NCBI RefSeq assembly: GCF_000015025.1
Contig: NC_008578.1
Coordinates: forward strand, 2,070,001 to 2,102,000
Source: Acidothermus cellulolyticus 11B
GTDB taxonomy: Bacteria > Actinomycetota > Actinomycetes > Acidothermales > Acidothermaceae
DNA: 32,000 nt
Reading direction: 5' to 3'
Position numbers and translations under genes: made by a program. How positions within the stretch are numbered: position 1 is the first letter of the stretch; the number at the start of each line of letters is the position of its first letter. Below, piece after piece: positions 7,340 to 16,171 of this stretch. The notes under the pieces are model-generated. The model was given only the letters and a program-made list of their open reading frames with translations. It was not told where the DNA came from and did no database searches.

Positions 7340-8848
7340 CTACCCCGCCCGGCGCGCCGGAGATCGGCGCAATCCGCGTAGCGGATCCGGTGTGGTCAAC
7401 CACCGGATCAGCAGCCGTACCCCGTACCCCGTCGGACCCTTGACGATCTCGTACTCATCGGCGTCCGCGCGGGCCGGGCCGGCGATGTCCAGATGCGCGA
7501 ATCGCGTACCTTCGGCGAATTCGCGGAGAAAAAGGGCCGCGACAATTCCCGCGGCGCCGTATTCCTTCTCCGGAACGGCGACATTCGCGAGGTCCGCGAT
7601 CGGTGAATCCAGCGCGTCCCGGTACTCCTCGACGAACGGCATCCGCCACAACCCTTCACCGGCCGCCGCCGCAGCGTCGAGCAGCACCGCGGCCAACCGG
7701 TCATCGGTCGAGAAGAGGCCCGCGTGCCGCCGTCCGAGACCGCGGGACATCGCTCCAGTCAGGGTCGCGAGATCGACAATCACGTCGGGCGCAAGGTTGG
7801 CCTTCGCGTAACCGATCGCATCGGCGAGCAGCAGGCGACCCTCGGCATCCGTGTTCAACACCTCGACGGTGGTGCCGTCGTAATGCCTGATCACATCGCT
7901 GGGACGAAGCGCCGACCCGGACGGCATGTTCTCCGCAGCCGGAATCAGGCCGGTGACCGTGACCCGCACTCCGAGGTCAGCCAGGGCGGACATCGCGGCG
8001 ATCACTGCTCCCCCGCCGGCCATGTCGGTCTTCATCGCGACCATGTTCGCGGAGGTCTTCAGCGAGAGGCCGCCGGAGTCGAAGGTCACCCCTTTCCCGA
8101 TGAGCACCACGTGACCAGGCAGGACATCGACGCCGGGGGCCGCTTCAGCCGGGTCATACCGGAGTTCGATGAGCCGCGGTGGGTGCACCGAGCCGGAGCC
8201 GACGGCGAGGATGCCGCCGAACCCCTCCGCCGCGAGCTCCCGCTCGTCGCGGACGCGGACCGAGAGTCGGGAGCGTCGGGCGATCCGCGTCGCCTCGCGG
8301 GCCAACCAGGCAGGCGTCTTAGTCGACGCCGGGGTAGCGGCAAGGTCGCGGGCCAGCCGGACAGCCTCCGCGACACGCAGGCCATAGTCGAAGCCGCGGC
8401 GCACCACGGGCGGACGGGACACGACGAGGTGCAGCGTCCGGAACGTTTCCGGCCGCTCGGTCTTACTGATCGTGAAGCGATACCCCCCGAGGAGGAACCC
8501 CTCGACAAATGCGCCGACCACATCGCCGCTGGACCGGGGCGGCAGCACCGCGACCGCGTCGGTCACGTTCCGCAACCGCCGGACGGCGGCGGCGGCGGCG
8601 CGCCGCGCATCCTGGGAACTTCCCGAGCCAACGCCGACGGCGACAACCAGCCGATCGCGAAGCGGGATGGTCACCGCCTCGCCGGCTTCCCCCTTCCACC
8701 GTTCGAGCTGGACCGCGTGCTCGATCACCGCAGGGTCGACGCCGGGGAGGTCGATCCCGGCCGCCGGCCGTCCGTCAGCTGCAACGGGAAGAACGAGAGC
8801 TGCGGCCGAAGGCGGCGGAGGAGCGGTGAGCGTGATCGTTGGAGGCAC
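7340..8848 (-). CDS. pepA: Leucyl aminopeptidase (M17 family)
   Basis: ORF 7340..8848. Motifs VLIGKGVTFDSGGLSLK, MKTDMAGGGAV and NTDAEGRLLLADA. Confidence 0.9.
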   Translation of the reverse strand: MPPTITLTAPPPPSAAALVLPVAADGRPAAGIDLPGVDPAVIEHAVQLERWKGEAGEAVTIPLRDRLVVAVGVGSGSSQDARRAAAAAVRRLRNVTDAVAVLPPRSSGDVVGAFVEGFLLGGYRFTISKTERPETFRTLHLVVSRPPVVRRGFDYGLRVAEAVRLARDLAATPASTKTPAWLAREATRIARRSRLSVRVRDERELAAEGFGGILAVGSGSVHPPRLIELRYDPAEAAPGVDVLPGHVVLIGKGVTFDSGGLSLKTSANMVAMKTDMAGGGAVIAAMSALADLGVRVTVTGLIPAAENMPSGSALRPSDVIRHYDGTTVEVLNTDAEGRLLLADAIGYAKANLAPDVIVDLATLTGAMSRGLGRRHAGLFSTDDRLAAVLLDAAAAAGEGLWRMPFVEEYRDALDSPIADLANVAVPEKEYGAAGIVAALFLREFAEGTRFAHLDIAGPARADADEYEIVKGPTGYGVRLLIRWLTTPDPLRGLRRSPARRAG

Positions 8849-8875
8849 CGGACCGGGCAGGCCGTCGCGCGACGC

Positions 8876-9043
8876 TCAGCTGACGGCGTTCTTGAGCGCT
8901 TCGCTCAGGGCGGTGGCTTCCTCGGCGGACAATTCAACGACGAGCCGGCCGCCGCCCTCCAGCGGGACGCGCATCACGATGCTACGCCCTTCCTTGGTCA
9001 CCTCGAGCGGACCATCACCCGTCCGCGGCTTCATTGCCGCCAT
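8876..9043 (-). CDS. Small conserved actinobacterial protein (DUF3117 / Rv1211-like)
   Basis: The track ORF is 8876..9082. I prefer ATG 9043, preceded by GGAAGGGGAG. The product MAAMKPRTGDGPLEVTKEGRSIVMRVPLEGGGRLVVELSAEEATALSEALKNAVS matches my recollection of Rv1211. Confidence 0.75.
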   Translation of the reverse strand: MAAMKPRTGDGPLEVTKEGRSIVMRVPLEGGGRLVVELSAEEATALSEALKNAVS

Positions 9044-9219
9044 CGTGCTCCCCTTCCAGTTCCACCCCGCACCTACGGACAAGGACCTGTTTTCGTGATT
9101 ATCGCCGATGGCCGAGCGCCTCCGCCAGGCGAGGGTAGTCTGCGGGTGATTCCGGCGAGCCGCCGGCTGTGGGCCGGCGACCCCGGGGATCGTCGCAACC
9201 GACGAGAGCGAGGCCGCGG

Positions 9220-10032
9220 ATGAGTGACATGCCGGGTCAGGTCGACGGCCAGGGCCGGTCGGTGGCGGTCGAGCGGACGGGGGCGGTCGCGGTGGTTGTG
9301 CTGGCCGGCCGCGACGGCACGGGCACCCTGGACCTGGCGACGAAGGCGGCGCTCCGCGACACCCTGAGGCGGGTGGCCGATGACTCAGCCGTGCGGGCCG
9401 TCGTCTTGACCGGGACGGGTTCGGTTTTCTGCCTCGGCCAAGACTTGCACGAACACGCCGCGGCGCTCGCGGACGACGCCACCCGGGCCTGGGACACCCT
9501 CCGAAACCACTTCAATCCGATCGCCACCGCACTGGCGACCATGCCGAAACCGGTCATCGCCGCGGTGAACGGGACGGCGGCTGGCGCCGGCATGTCGCTC
9601 GCCCTCGCCTGCGACCTGCGGGTGGCGGCACCCGCCGCCACCTTCCACGTGGCGTTCCCGGGAATCGGGCTCTCGGTCGATACCGGCATGTCGTGGTTCC
9701 TCCCCCGGCTGATCGGTTACGGCCGGGCTATGGAATTGCTGCTGCGGCCGCGTCCGATTTCTGCTGCAGCCGCGGCGGAATTGGGGCTCGTCACCGCAGT
9801 GGCCGAGGACGTCCGGCAAGCCGCCGTCCAACTCGCCGAAGAATTGGCCGACGGCCCGACCGTCGCGTACGGCGCCATCAAGCAGGCGTTGCTGTATTCG
9901 GCCGCGCACGGCCTCCCGGACGCGCTCGATCTCGAAGCCGGCATGCAGACGGTCGCCGGCATCACGGCCGACCACGCCGGTGCGGTGCAGGCTTTCCTCC
10001 GCAAGCAGAAACCGCGGTTCGAGGGCCGATGA
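9220..10032 (+). CDS. Enoyl-CoA hydratase/isomerase (crotonase) family protein
   Basis: The track ORF is 9169..10032, with an internal ATG at 9220 (MSDMPGQ). Crotonase motifs VVLTGTGSVFCLGQDL, KPVIAAVNGTAAGAGMSLALACDLRV and GLSVDTGMSWFLPRLIG. Confidence 0.85.
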   Translation: MSDMPGQVDGQGRSVAVERTGAVAVVVLAGRDGTGTLDLATKAALRDTLRRVADDSAVRAVVLTGTGSVFCLGQDLHEHAAALADDATRAWDTLRNHFNPIATALATMPKPVIAAVNGTAAGAGMSLALACDLRVAAPAATFHVAFPGIGLSVDTGMSWFLPRLIGYGRAMELLLRPRPISAAAAAELGLVTAVAEDVRQAAVQLAEELADGPTVAYGAIKQALLYSAAHGLPDALDLEAGMQTVAGITADHAGAVQAFLRKQKPRFEGR

Positions 10033-10033
10033 G

Positions 10034-10064
10034 CCCACCGACGCGCGGCCGCCCAGCGGGTGGG
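10034..10064. terminator. GC-rich inverted repeat between convergent genes (candidate bidirectional terminator hairpin)
   Basis: cccaccg (10034..10040) pairs with cgggtggg (10057..10064) with one bulge and a 16-nt loop. It sits exactly between the echA-like stop (10032) and the tag stop (10065). There is no U-tract, so function is unproven. Confidence 0.2.
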
Positions 10065-10676
10065 TCAGTTGTCCGGTCCACGGTGACCCGACGCTCCAGC
10101 CACGCATCCGACCAGATGGTCGTCGACCATCCCGGTCGCCTGCATGTGCGCGTAGGCCGTGACAGCGCCGACAAAACGAAATCCGTGCGCCCGCAATTCG
10201 CGGGCGAGGGCGCGGGATTCCGGGGTCTGCGCTGGAATATCGGCCATCCGCCGACGGACCGGAGGATGGGTCGGCGCAAACCGCCAGATGAATTCGGCAA
10301 GGTTCACACCGGCGGCGCGCAGCCTCAAGGCGGCACGGGCGTTGACAATCGCGGCCTCGATTTTCGCCCTGTTCCGGATGATGCGCCGATCCGTGAGGAG
10401 GCGCGCGACGTCAGCGGTATCGAATGCGGCGACCCGGTCGATGGAGAATCCCGCGAACGCGTCGCGGAATGCTTCACGCCTCCGCAGAATCGTCAACCAC
10501 GACAAGCCGGATTGGAAGCCTTCCAGGACAAGCCGCTCGAACACTCCGTCGTCGTCGCGCACGGGACGGCCCCACTCGGTGTCGTGGTACTCGAGGTACT
10601 CCGGCGCCGCGTACGCCCATGGACAGCGCGGCAACCCATCGCGGCCGGCGACGAGGTCCGGCGAGACGTCGGGCAC
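10065..10676 (-). CDS. tag: DNA-3-methyladenine glycosylase I
   Basis: This is the C-terminal 203 codons of track ORF 10065..11201. Motifs CPWAYAAPEYLEYHDTEWGRPV, FERLVLEGFQSGLSWLTILRRR, IIRNRAKIEA and FVGAVTAYAHMQATGMVDDH. I place the start at GTG 10676, just after the upstream stop (10678..10680). The rest of the long ORF overlaps the DivIVA-domain gene in another frame. Confidence 0.85.
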   Translation of the reverse strand: MPDVSPDLVAGRDGLPRCPWAYAAPEYLEYHDTEWGRPVRDDDGVFERLVLEGFQSGLSWLTILRRREAFRDAFAGFSIDRVAAFDTADVARLLTDRRIIRNRAKIEAAIVNARAALRLRAAGVNLAEFIWRFAPTHPPVRRRMADIPAQTPESRALARELRAHGFRFVGAVTAYAHMQATGMVDDHLVGCVAGASGHRGPDN

Positions 10677-10677
10677 G

Positions 10678-11217
10678 TCAGGACGCGTCGGTGCTGCGGT
10701 CCGACTGCCACGTCGCGGTCGCGGCTCCCGAGTCCGACGCATGCGCGAAGTCTCCGTCCACCGGCTCGGCAGCGGCGACCTCGGTCTCCGATCCGCCGTC
10801 GTGGCCGCCGGCCGCAGCGGCCGATTCGGCAGCGGACGGCGGAGCCGGTTGGCCGGCGCCGAGCTCAGCTGCGAGGTCCACACCCAGGCGCTCGAGCACA
10901 GCGTCCCGTTCCGCAAGCGCATGGCGAAGCCGGTCAATGACCTCGTCCACCTCGGCCATCCGGTAACCACGGAACGCCAGGCTGAACCGGACGGCGTCCA
11001 GGTCCTCGGCCCGGATCGGCCGCCCCTCGGGCAGGCCGCGCCCCGGCCAGTCCGGGTGAAATCGGGTGAGCCCGCCGCCGTAGCCGGCCGCCACCGCACT
11101 GACCGCGAAGACCACGGCGAGGATGACGACGATTTCGAGGATGAGCACCCTCCGATGGTGCCACGAATGTCTGCGGGACATGGAATCGGCGGATCCGACA
11201 CGCCGCCTTCGCCGCAC
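10678..11217 (-). CDS. Membrane-anchored DivIVA-domain protein (Rv1209-like)
   Basis: ORF 10678..11217. TM segment VLILEIVVILAVVFAVSAVAAGY followed by the DivIVA-domain signature FSLAFRGYRMAEVDEVIDRL. The C-terminus is acidic and low-complexity. GTG 11217 has GAGGAG 9 nt upstream; ATG 11181 is an alternative start. Confidence 0.75.
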   Translation of the reverse strand: MRRRRRVGSADSMSRRHSWHHRRVLILEIVVILAVVFAVSAVAAGYGGGLTRFHPDWPGRGLPEGRPIRAEDLDAVRFSLAFRGYRMAEVDEVIDRLRHALAERDAVLERLGVDLAAELGAGQPAPPSAAESAAAAGGHDGGSETEVAAAEPVDGDFAHASDSGAATATWQSDRSTDAS

Positions 11218-11281
11218 GCCGCGCGACTCCTCTAGGCTTCCGAGCGGCGGTCACAGCGGCCGTGCGCCCTCGGAGGAACGG

Positions 11282-12145
11282 ATGCGACTGCGCCTTGGAT
11301 CACGAGAATTCGGTGAGCACGACTTCGCGGTCATGGCCATCATCAACCGGACGCCGGACTCCTTCTTCGACCAAGGCGCGACATTCGAGACCGAGGCTGC
11401 CTTAGCGGCGGTGGACCGGGCGGTGGCCGAAGGCGCGGACATCGTCGACATCGGCGGCGTCCGGGCCGGGCCGGGTCCGGAGGTCACGGTCAGCGAAGAG
11501 ATCGACCGGGTCGGCGAATTCGTCGCATTGGTCCGGGCCCGCCATCCCGACATCGTGATCAGTGTGGATACCTGGCGGTCTGAGGTCGGCAAGGTGGTCG
11601 CCGACGCAGGCGCGGACCTGCTGAACGACGCGTGGGGCGGCTACGATCCCCGGCTGGCTGAGGTGGCCGCCGCAGCGGGCATCGGGCTCGTCTGTTCGCA
11701 TGCCGGCGGATTGCCGCCCCGGACGGATCCGCACCGGGTGCATTACGCCGATGTGGTCGACGACGTCAAGCGCACAGTCACCGCGCTGGCTGAGCGGGCG
11801 GTGTCGGTCGGAGTTCGCCGGGACGGCATCCTCATCGACCCGGCCCACGACTTCGCCAAGAACACCCGCCATTCCTTGCTGGTGAGCCGTCGTCTCGACG
11901 AGCTGGTGGCCACCGGCTGGCCCGTGCTGGTGGCGCTGTCCAATAAGAAATTCATCGGCGAGACGCTCGACCTGCCGACCGGCGAACGACTGTTCGGGAC
12001 TCTTGCCGTCACGGCGGTCGCCGCCTGGCAGGGCGCGCGGGTTTTCCGCGCCCATCAGGTGAAGGCGACCCGGCAGGTTCTCGACATGGTCGCGGCAATC
12101 CGCGGGTACCGCGAGCCTGCCGTCTCCCGCCGCGGCTTGCTGTAG
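11282..12145 (+). CDS. folP2: Dihydropteroate synthase paralogue of the mycobacterial FolP2 type
   Basis: The track ORF is 11123..12145. ATG 11282 is preceded by GGAGGA. Pterin-binding fold motifs MAIINRTPDSFFD, DIGGVRAGPG (rather than the canonical GGESTRPG), ISVDTW, LLNDAWGG, IDPAHDFAKNT and ALSNKKF (rather than SRKS) match my recollection of Rv1207. Confidence 0.8.
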   Translation: MRLRLGSREFGEHDFAVMAIINRTPDSFFDQGATFETEAALAAVDRAVAEGADIVDIGGVRAGPGPEVTVSEEIDRVGEFVALVRARHPDIVISVDTWRSEVGKVVADAGADLLNDAWGGYDPRLAEVAAAAGIGLVCSHAGGLPPRTDPHRVHYADVVDDVKRTVTALAERAVSVGVRRDGILIDPAHDFAKNTRHSLLVSRRLDELVATGWPVLVALSNKKFIGETLDLPTGERLFGTLAVTAVAAWQGARVFRAHQVKATRQVLDMVAAIRGYREPAVSRRGLL

Positions 12146-12169
12146 CGGTACGCCGCCGACGCTGACAGC

Positions 12170-12718
12170 TCAGCGTGCGACGGGTACGCCAAGCCCGTCC
12201 AGCACGACCGCATTCGGCAGCCGCGTGAGCAACTCTCCGGGCACGACGAGCTTCGAGCGGCGAAGTCCGGACCCGATGACGACGTCCCGGCTGAGCACCG
12301 CCGGGTCGATGAGAATCGGCCACTCCCCGGGCAATCCGATCGGCGTGATGCCGCCGTACTCCATCCCGGTGCGCTCGACCGCTTCGGCCATCGGCGCGAA
12401 CGACGCTTTCCGGACCCCAAGGTGACGGCGGACGACGCCGTTGACGTCCGCCCGCGTGGTCGCCAGTACGACGCAGGCGGCGAATGTCGTCGCACCGCCG
12501 CGGCGTCCAGCAATGACGACGCAATTCGCGGACTCTTCCGGCAGGACTTGGTATCGGGCGCAGAATTCCGCGGTGTCCGCGGCGTCCGGATCGATCTCGG
12601 CAACGGTGACGCAGTCGGCGTGCGCCCATGCGCGGAGCGCCGCCTGGACCGGCGCGGCCACGAGATCCGGCCGTTCTCCGACGGGCACCGCGCCGAGCCG
12701 GGCGGCCAAGCCGGTCAC
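12170..12718 (-). CDS. YbaK/EbsC-type aminoacyl-tRNA editing (deacylase) domain protein
   Basis: The track ORF is 12170..12820. I place the start at GTG 12718, which overlaps the LOG stop (GTGA at 12715..12718). Motifs NCVVIAGRR...FAACVVLATTRADVNGVVRRHLGVRKASFA and GMEYGGITPIGLP. Confidence 0.65.
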   Translation of the reverse strand: MTGLAARLGAVPVGERPDLVAAPVQAALRAWAHADCVTVAEIDPDAADTAEFCARYQVLPEESANCVVIAGRRGGATTFAACVVLATTRADVNGVVRRHLGVRKASFAPMAEAVERTGMEYGGITPIGLPGEWPILIDPAVLSRDVVIGSGLRRSKLVVPGELLTRLPNAVVLDGLGVPVAR

Positions 12719-13311
12719 GGTTCGGCCTCCAGCATCTCGCCGGCCGTGGGATGCAGGGCCGCGCCGGCCCGCATCCCGGCTTCCAACAGGTCGAAGGCCG
12801 TCACGACATCGTCGGTCCACTGCACGGCATCGACCACCGCGGGACGGACGAACCCTCCGGCAACCATGGCCGCGACCTGCTTGCGCAGGTCGCCGAAGTG
12901 GCCGAACGGATCGCAGACCACCAACGGCTTGGCGAGCATCCCCAGGCTGCGGGCCACCCAGATTTCCAGCATTTCCTCGAGTGTTCCGATCCCGCCGGGG
13001 AGGACGAGGAAGCCGTCCGACCGCTGCTCCATCTCACGTTTCCGGTCCCGCATATCGGCCGTGACGACCAGCTCATCGGCGTCGGTGTCGGCAACCTCCA
13101 AGGCGGCGAGCGCCCGGGGGATGACGCCGACCGTCCGCGCCCCGCCGGCCCGCGCCGCCCGCGCCACCGCGCCCATGCACGACACGCTGCCGCCGCCGGA
13201 GACGAGCTGGTGACCGCGGCGGGCCACTTCCGTTCCGACTGCGCGGGCCAGCTCCAGGTAGCGGACGTCAATATCCTCGCTGGACGCGCAGAACACACAA
13301 ATTGCAGCCAT
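12715..13311 (-). CDS. LOG-family protein (cytokinin riboside 5'-monophosphate phosphoribohydrolase family, short type)
   Basis: ORF 12715..13311. Motifs VSGGGSVSCMGAVARAA and the LOG signature PGGIGTLEEMLE. Confidence 0.85.
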   Translation of the reverse strand: MAAICVFCASSEDIDVRYLELARAVGTEVARRGHQLVSGGGSVSCMGAVARAARAGGARTVGVIPRALAALEVADTDADELVVTADMRDRKREMEQRSDGFLVLPGGIGTLEEMLEIWVARSLGMLAKPLVVCDPFGHFGDLRKQVAAMVAGGFVRPAVVDAVQWTDDVVTAFDLLEAGMRAGAALHPTAGEMLEAEP

Positions 13312-13314
13312 CAG

Positions 13315-14193
13315 TCAGGATGCCGCTCCGTAGCGCGCCGCTTCCGCACGCTCCATAATCTCCACGATCTCATCGACGTCATCGGTTACGGAGAACAAAT
13401 CGAGATCTTCCGGTGAAATCTTTCCTTCGTCCAGCATGCGCCGGCGGGTCCATTCGATGAGGTCATGCCAGTACTCTTCGCGGTACAAGACGACGGGAAA
13501 CGAGGTGACCTTGCGTGTCTGCACCAAGGTCAGCGCTTCGAAGAGCTCATCCAGCGTGCCGAAACCGCCGGGGAAAACGACAAAGCCTTGGGCGTACTTC
13601 ACGAACATGGTCTTGCGGGCGAAGAAGTACCGAAATTGAATGCCGATGTCCACCCAATCGTTGAGGCGTTGCTCGAAGGGGAGCTCGATGCCCAGTCCAA
13701 CGGAGACTCCGCCGGCCTCGCTGCATCCCTTGTTCACCGCCTCCATGACGCCCGGACCACCGCCGGTGATGACGGCGTACCCGGCGCGGGCCAGCGCGGC
13801 GCCGAGTTTCTCCGCGGCCGCGTAATCCGGGTGATCCGGCGTGGTCCGCGCGGAACCAAAGACCGAGACGGCGGCGCCGAGCTCGGCAAGCAGCCCGAAC
13901 CCTTCCACGAATTCCGAGGTGATCCGCAGCACGCGCCACGGATCGGTGTGCACCCAGTCGGACGGGCCACGGCTGTCGAGCAACCGCTGATCCGTCGTCG
14001 TGGTGGAGACCTGGGAACGGCGGAGCAGGACCGGCCCGCGCCGCTTCTCGACGACGTGGTGGTTGGTGTGGTTGCCGTGGTTGCCGGTGGATGCCGGGTC
14101 CGCCTGCCGGCGCGCAGCGGCGTTCTGCCGCGCATCGGTGGATGACTCATCCCGCGGCGGCACCTTCGCCCGGTCGTTGGACATCTTCGTCAC
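13315..14193 (-). CDS. LOG-family protein, long type with an N-terminal low-complexity extension
   Basis: ORF 13315..14193. Motifs [24 protein letters not shown] and [19 protein letters not shown]. About 90 N-terminal residues are low complexity (NHGNHTNHH). The GTG start overlaps the dapE stop (GTGA at 14190..14193). Confidence 0.85.
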   Translation of the reverse strand: MTKMSNDRAKVPPRDESSTDARQNAAARRQADPASTGNHGNHTNHHVVEKRRGPVLLRRSQVSTTTTDQRLLDSRGPSDWVHTDPWRVLRITSEFVEGFGLLAELGAAVSVFGSARTTPDHPDYAAAEKLGAALARAGYAVITGGGPGVMEAVNKGCSEAGGVSVGLGIELPFEQRLNDWVDIGIQFRYFFARKTMFVKYAQGFVVFPGGFGTLDELFEALTLVQTRKVTSFPVVLYREEYWHDLIEWTRRRMLDEGKISPEDLDLFSVTDDVDEIVEIMERAEAARYGAAS

Positions 14194-15317
14194 CGCTCAC
14201 TCCAAGGTTGACCTGCGGCAGTCCGGCCCGTAGGCCCCGGCACGGTGAGCAGATACCGCTCGAGGACCGACTCACACTCCGCGATCTGACGGACGTCGAC
14301 CTGTTCGTCGCCGCGGTGCGCCAGATTAGGGTCCCCCGGGCCGTAATTGACCGCCGGGATGCCCAGAATCGCAAATCGGGCGACATCCGTCCACCCGTAC
14401 TTGGCGGCGACCGGTTTGCCGACGGTGTCGATGAAATCCACGACCGCCGGTGCATGCAGGTTCGGCGGCGCTGCAGGAGCCGCGTCGACGACGGCGAGCT
14501 CGAATCCGGCGAACACCTCCTGCAGATGCGCGTGCGCGTCGTCCACCGTGCGATCCGGGGCGAACCGGTAGTTGACCGTCACGACGCACCGGTCGGGGAC
14601 GACGTTGCCGGCGACTCCACCGTCGATGCGGACCGCTGAGAGCCCCTCGCGGTACACGCAACCGTCGATCTCTACCGTTCGGGGCTGGTACTCAGCGAGC
14701 CGCTGGAGCACCGGTGCAGCCGCGTGGATCGCGTTCAGCCCGAGCCACGAACGGGCAGTATGGGCGCGGACGCCGTGCAACGTGATCTCAACCCGCATCG
14801 TGCCCTGACATCCGGCTTCGACCGTCGCATTGGATGGTTCGAGAAGCACGGCGAAATCGGCGCTCACCTGGTCAGGGTGTTCGCGCGCGAGTCGGCCCAA
14901 CCCGTTCCGGCTCGCCTCAACCTCCTCGCAGTCATAGAAGATGTAGACCACGTCAACGGCGGGCTGGTCCAGCCGCGCCGCCAACCGGAGCATGACAGCG
15001 AGCCCGCCCTTCATGTCCACCGCGCCGCAACCGTGCAGAAGGTTGCCCTCCCGCCGCGCGGGCAAGTTGTCGGCCGGCGGCACGGTGTCCAGGTGCCCGG
15101 CAAGAACGACGCGCCGCCGTCCCGCCGCGTTCCCCGCAGCGCGGGTTCGGGCCGCGACCACATTGCCGAACCGGTACACCTGAAGGTGGTCGAGGCGGCT
15201 AAGCGCCGCCTCGACCGCGTCCGCGATCGCCTGCTCCTCCCCGCTGACCGACCGGATGTCGACGAGCGCAGCCGCAAGTTCGCCGGCGTCGGCGCCGAGG
15301 TCGAGGACGGAGGTCAC
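14190..15317 (-). CDS. dapE: Succinyl-diaminopimelate desuccinylase (M20 family)
   Basis: The track ORF is 14190..15470. I place the start at GTG 15317, which overlaps the dapD stop (GTGA at 15314..15317). Motifs [34 protein letters not shown] and VLLEPS. Confidence 0.85.
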   Translation of the reverse strand: MTSVLDLGADAGELAAALVDIRSVSGEEQAIADAVEAALSRLDHLQVYRFGNVVAARTRAAGNAAGRRRVVLAGHLDTVPPADNLPARREGNLLHGCGAVDMKGGLAVMLRLAARLDQPAVDVVYIFYDCEEVEASRNGLGRLAREHPDQVSADFAVLLEPSNATVEAGCQGTMRVEITLHGVRAHTARSWLGLNAIHAAAPVLQRLAEYQPRTVEIDGCVYREGLSAVRIDGGVAGNVVPDRCVVTVNYRFAPDRTVDDAHAHLQEVFAGFELAVVDAAPAAPPNLHAPAVVDFIDTVGKPVAAKYGWTDVARFAILGIPAVNYGPGDPNLAHRGDEQVDVRQIAECESVLERYLLTVPGPTGRTAAGQPWSER

Positions 15318-16171
15318 GTGGCAACTCCGTGGTCCCGAAGAATGTCGTTCAGCGCGAGTTTGTCGTGGGTCTCCCCTTCGGCGAGCCGGCGGAGCACGAG
15401 GAGGCATGGCATCCCGAAATCCCCGCCGGGGAAGGAACGGACACGGGTGGAGCCGACGCAGACCGACCACGCCGGTGCTTCCCCTCGAGGCAATTCCTCG
15501 CCGGTCTCGGCGTCGAAGACCCGGGTCGAGGCGGTCAGGATCGATCCGGCGCCGAGCTTTGCGCCACGGCGTACCCGCGCACCCTCCACCACCATCGACC
15601 GGGAGCCGATGAACGCGTCGTCCTCAATGATCACTGGCACCGCGCTGGGCGGTTCAAGGACGCCGCCGATGCCCACCCCGCCCGACAGGTGCACCCGCTT
15701 GCCGATCTGCGCGCATGAGCCGACGGTCGCCCAGGTGTCGACCATGGTCTCCTCGTCGACATAGCCGCCGACGTTCACGAAACTCGGCATGAGGACGGCG
15801 CTCGGCGCGACATAGGCGCCGTGGCGGACGATCGCGCCGGGGACGACGCGGGTCCCCGGGAAACTGCGCTTCAGCGGAATCCGGTCGCGATACCGGAACT
15901 CCCCAGCCGCCGATTCGACAACCGGGAACACGCGGAAAGCCAGCAGAATCGCCCGCTTCGCCCGCTCGTCGACGACGACGGCATCGGTCTTCGGGTCGAC
16001 GAATGCGACCCGGGCCGCGCCGGCGTCCAGCTGATCAAGCGCGTGGTTGACGACCGCGCGAGCCTCGGCGCTCAGGCTGCCGGGGCGATCGTCGGTAGGG
16101 TTGAGCTCGCTGCGTCGCTCCCAGAGTTCATCGATCTGGGTGGGCAACGGGCTGACGAAAGGGTCTCCCAT
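15314..16171 (-). CDS. dapD: 2,3,4,5-tetrahydropyridine-2,6-dicarboxylate N-succinyltransferase (E. coli-type short form)
   Basis: This is the C-terminal 285 codons of track ORF 15314..16810, starting at ATG 16171 ([20 protein letters not shown]). The hexapeptide-repeat core [47 protein letters not shown]...[17 protein letters not shown] closely resembles my recollection of E. coli DapD. Confidence 0.85.
   Translation of the reverse strand: MGDPFVSPLPTQIDELWERRSELNPTDDRPGSLSAEARAVVNHALDQLDAGAARVAFVDPKTDAVVVDERAKRAILLAFRVFPVVESAAGEFRYRDRIPLKRSFPGTRVVPGAIVRHGAYVAPSAVLMPSFVNVGGYVDEETMVDTWATVGSCAQIGKRVHLSGGVGIGGVLEPPSAVPVIIEDDAFIGSRSMVVEGARVRRGAKLGAGSILTASTRVFDAETGEELPRGEAPAWSVCVGSTRVRSFPGGDFGMPCLLVLRRLAEGETHDKLALNDILRDHGVAT

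Noticed and set aside
11218-11281. A folate-related (THF/ZTP) riboswitch upstream of folP2.
   Set aside because: Only 64 nt separate the divergent start codons. That is too short for either aptamer, and no conserved cores were seen.
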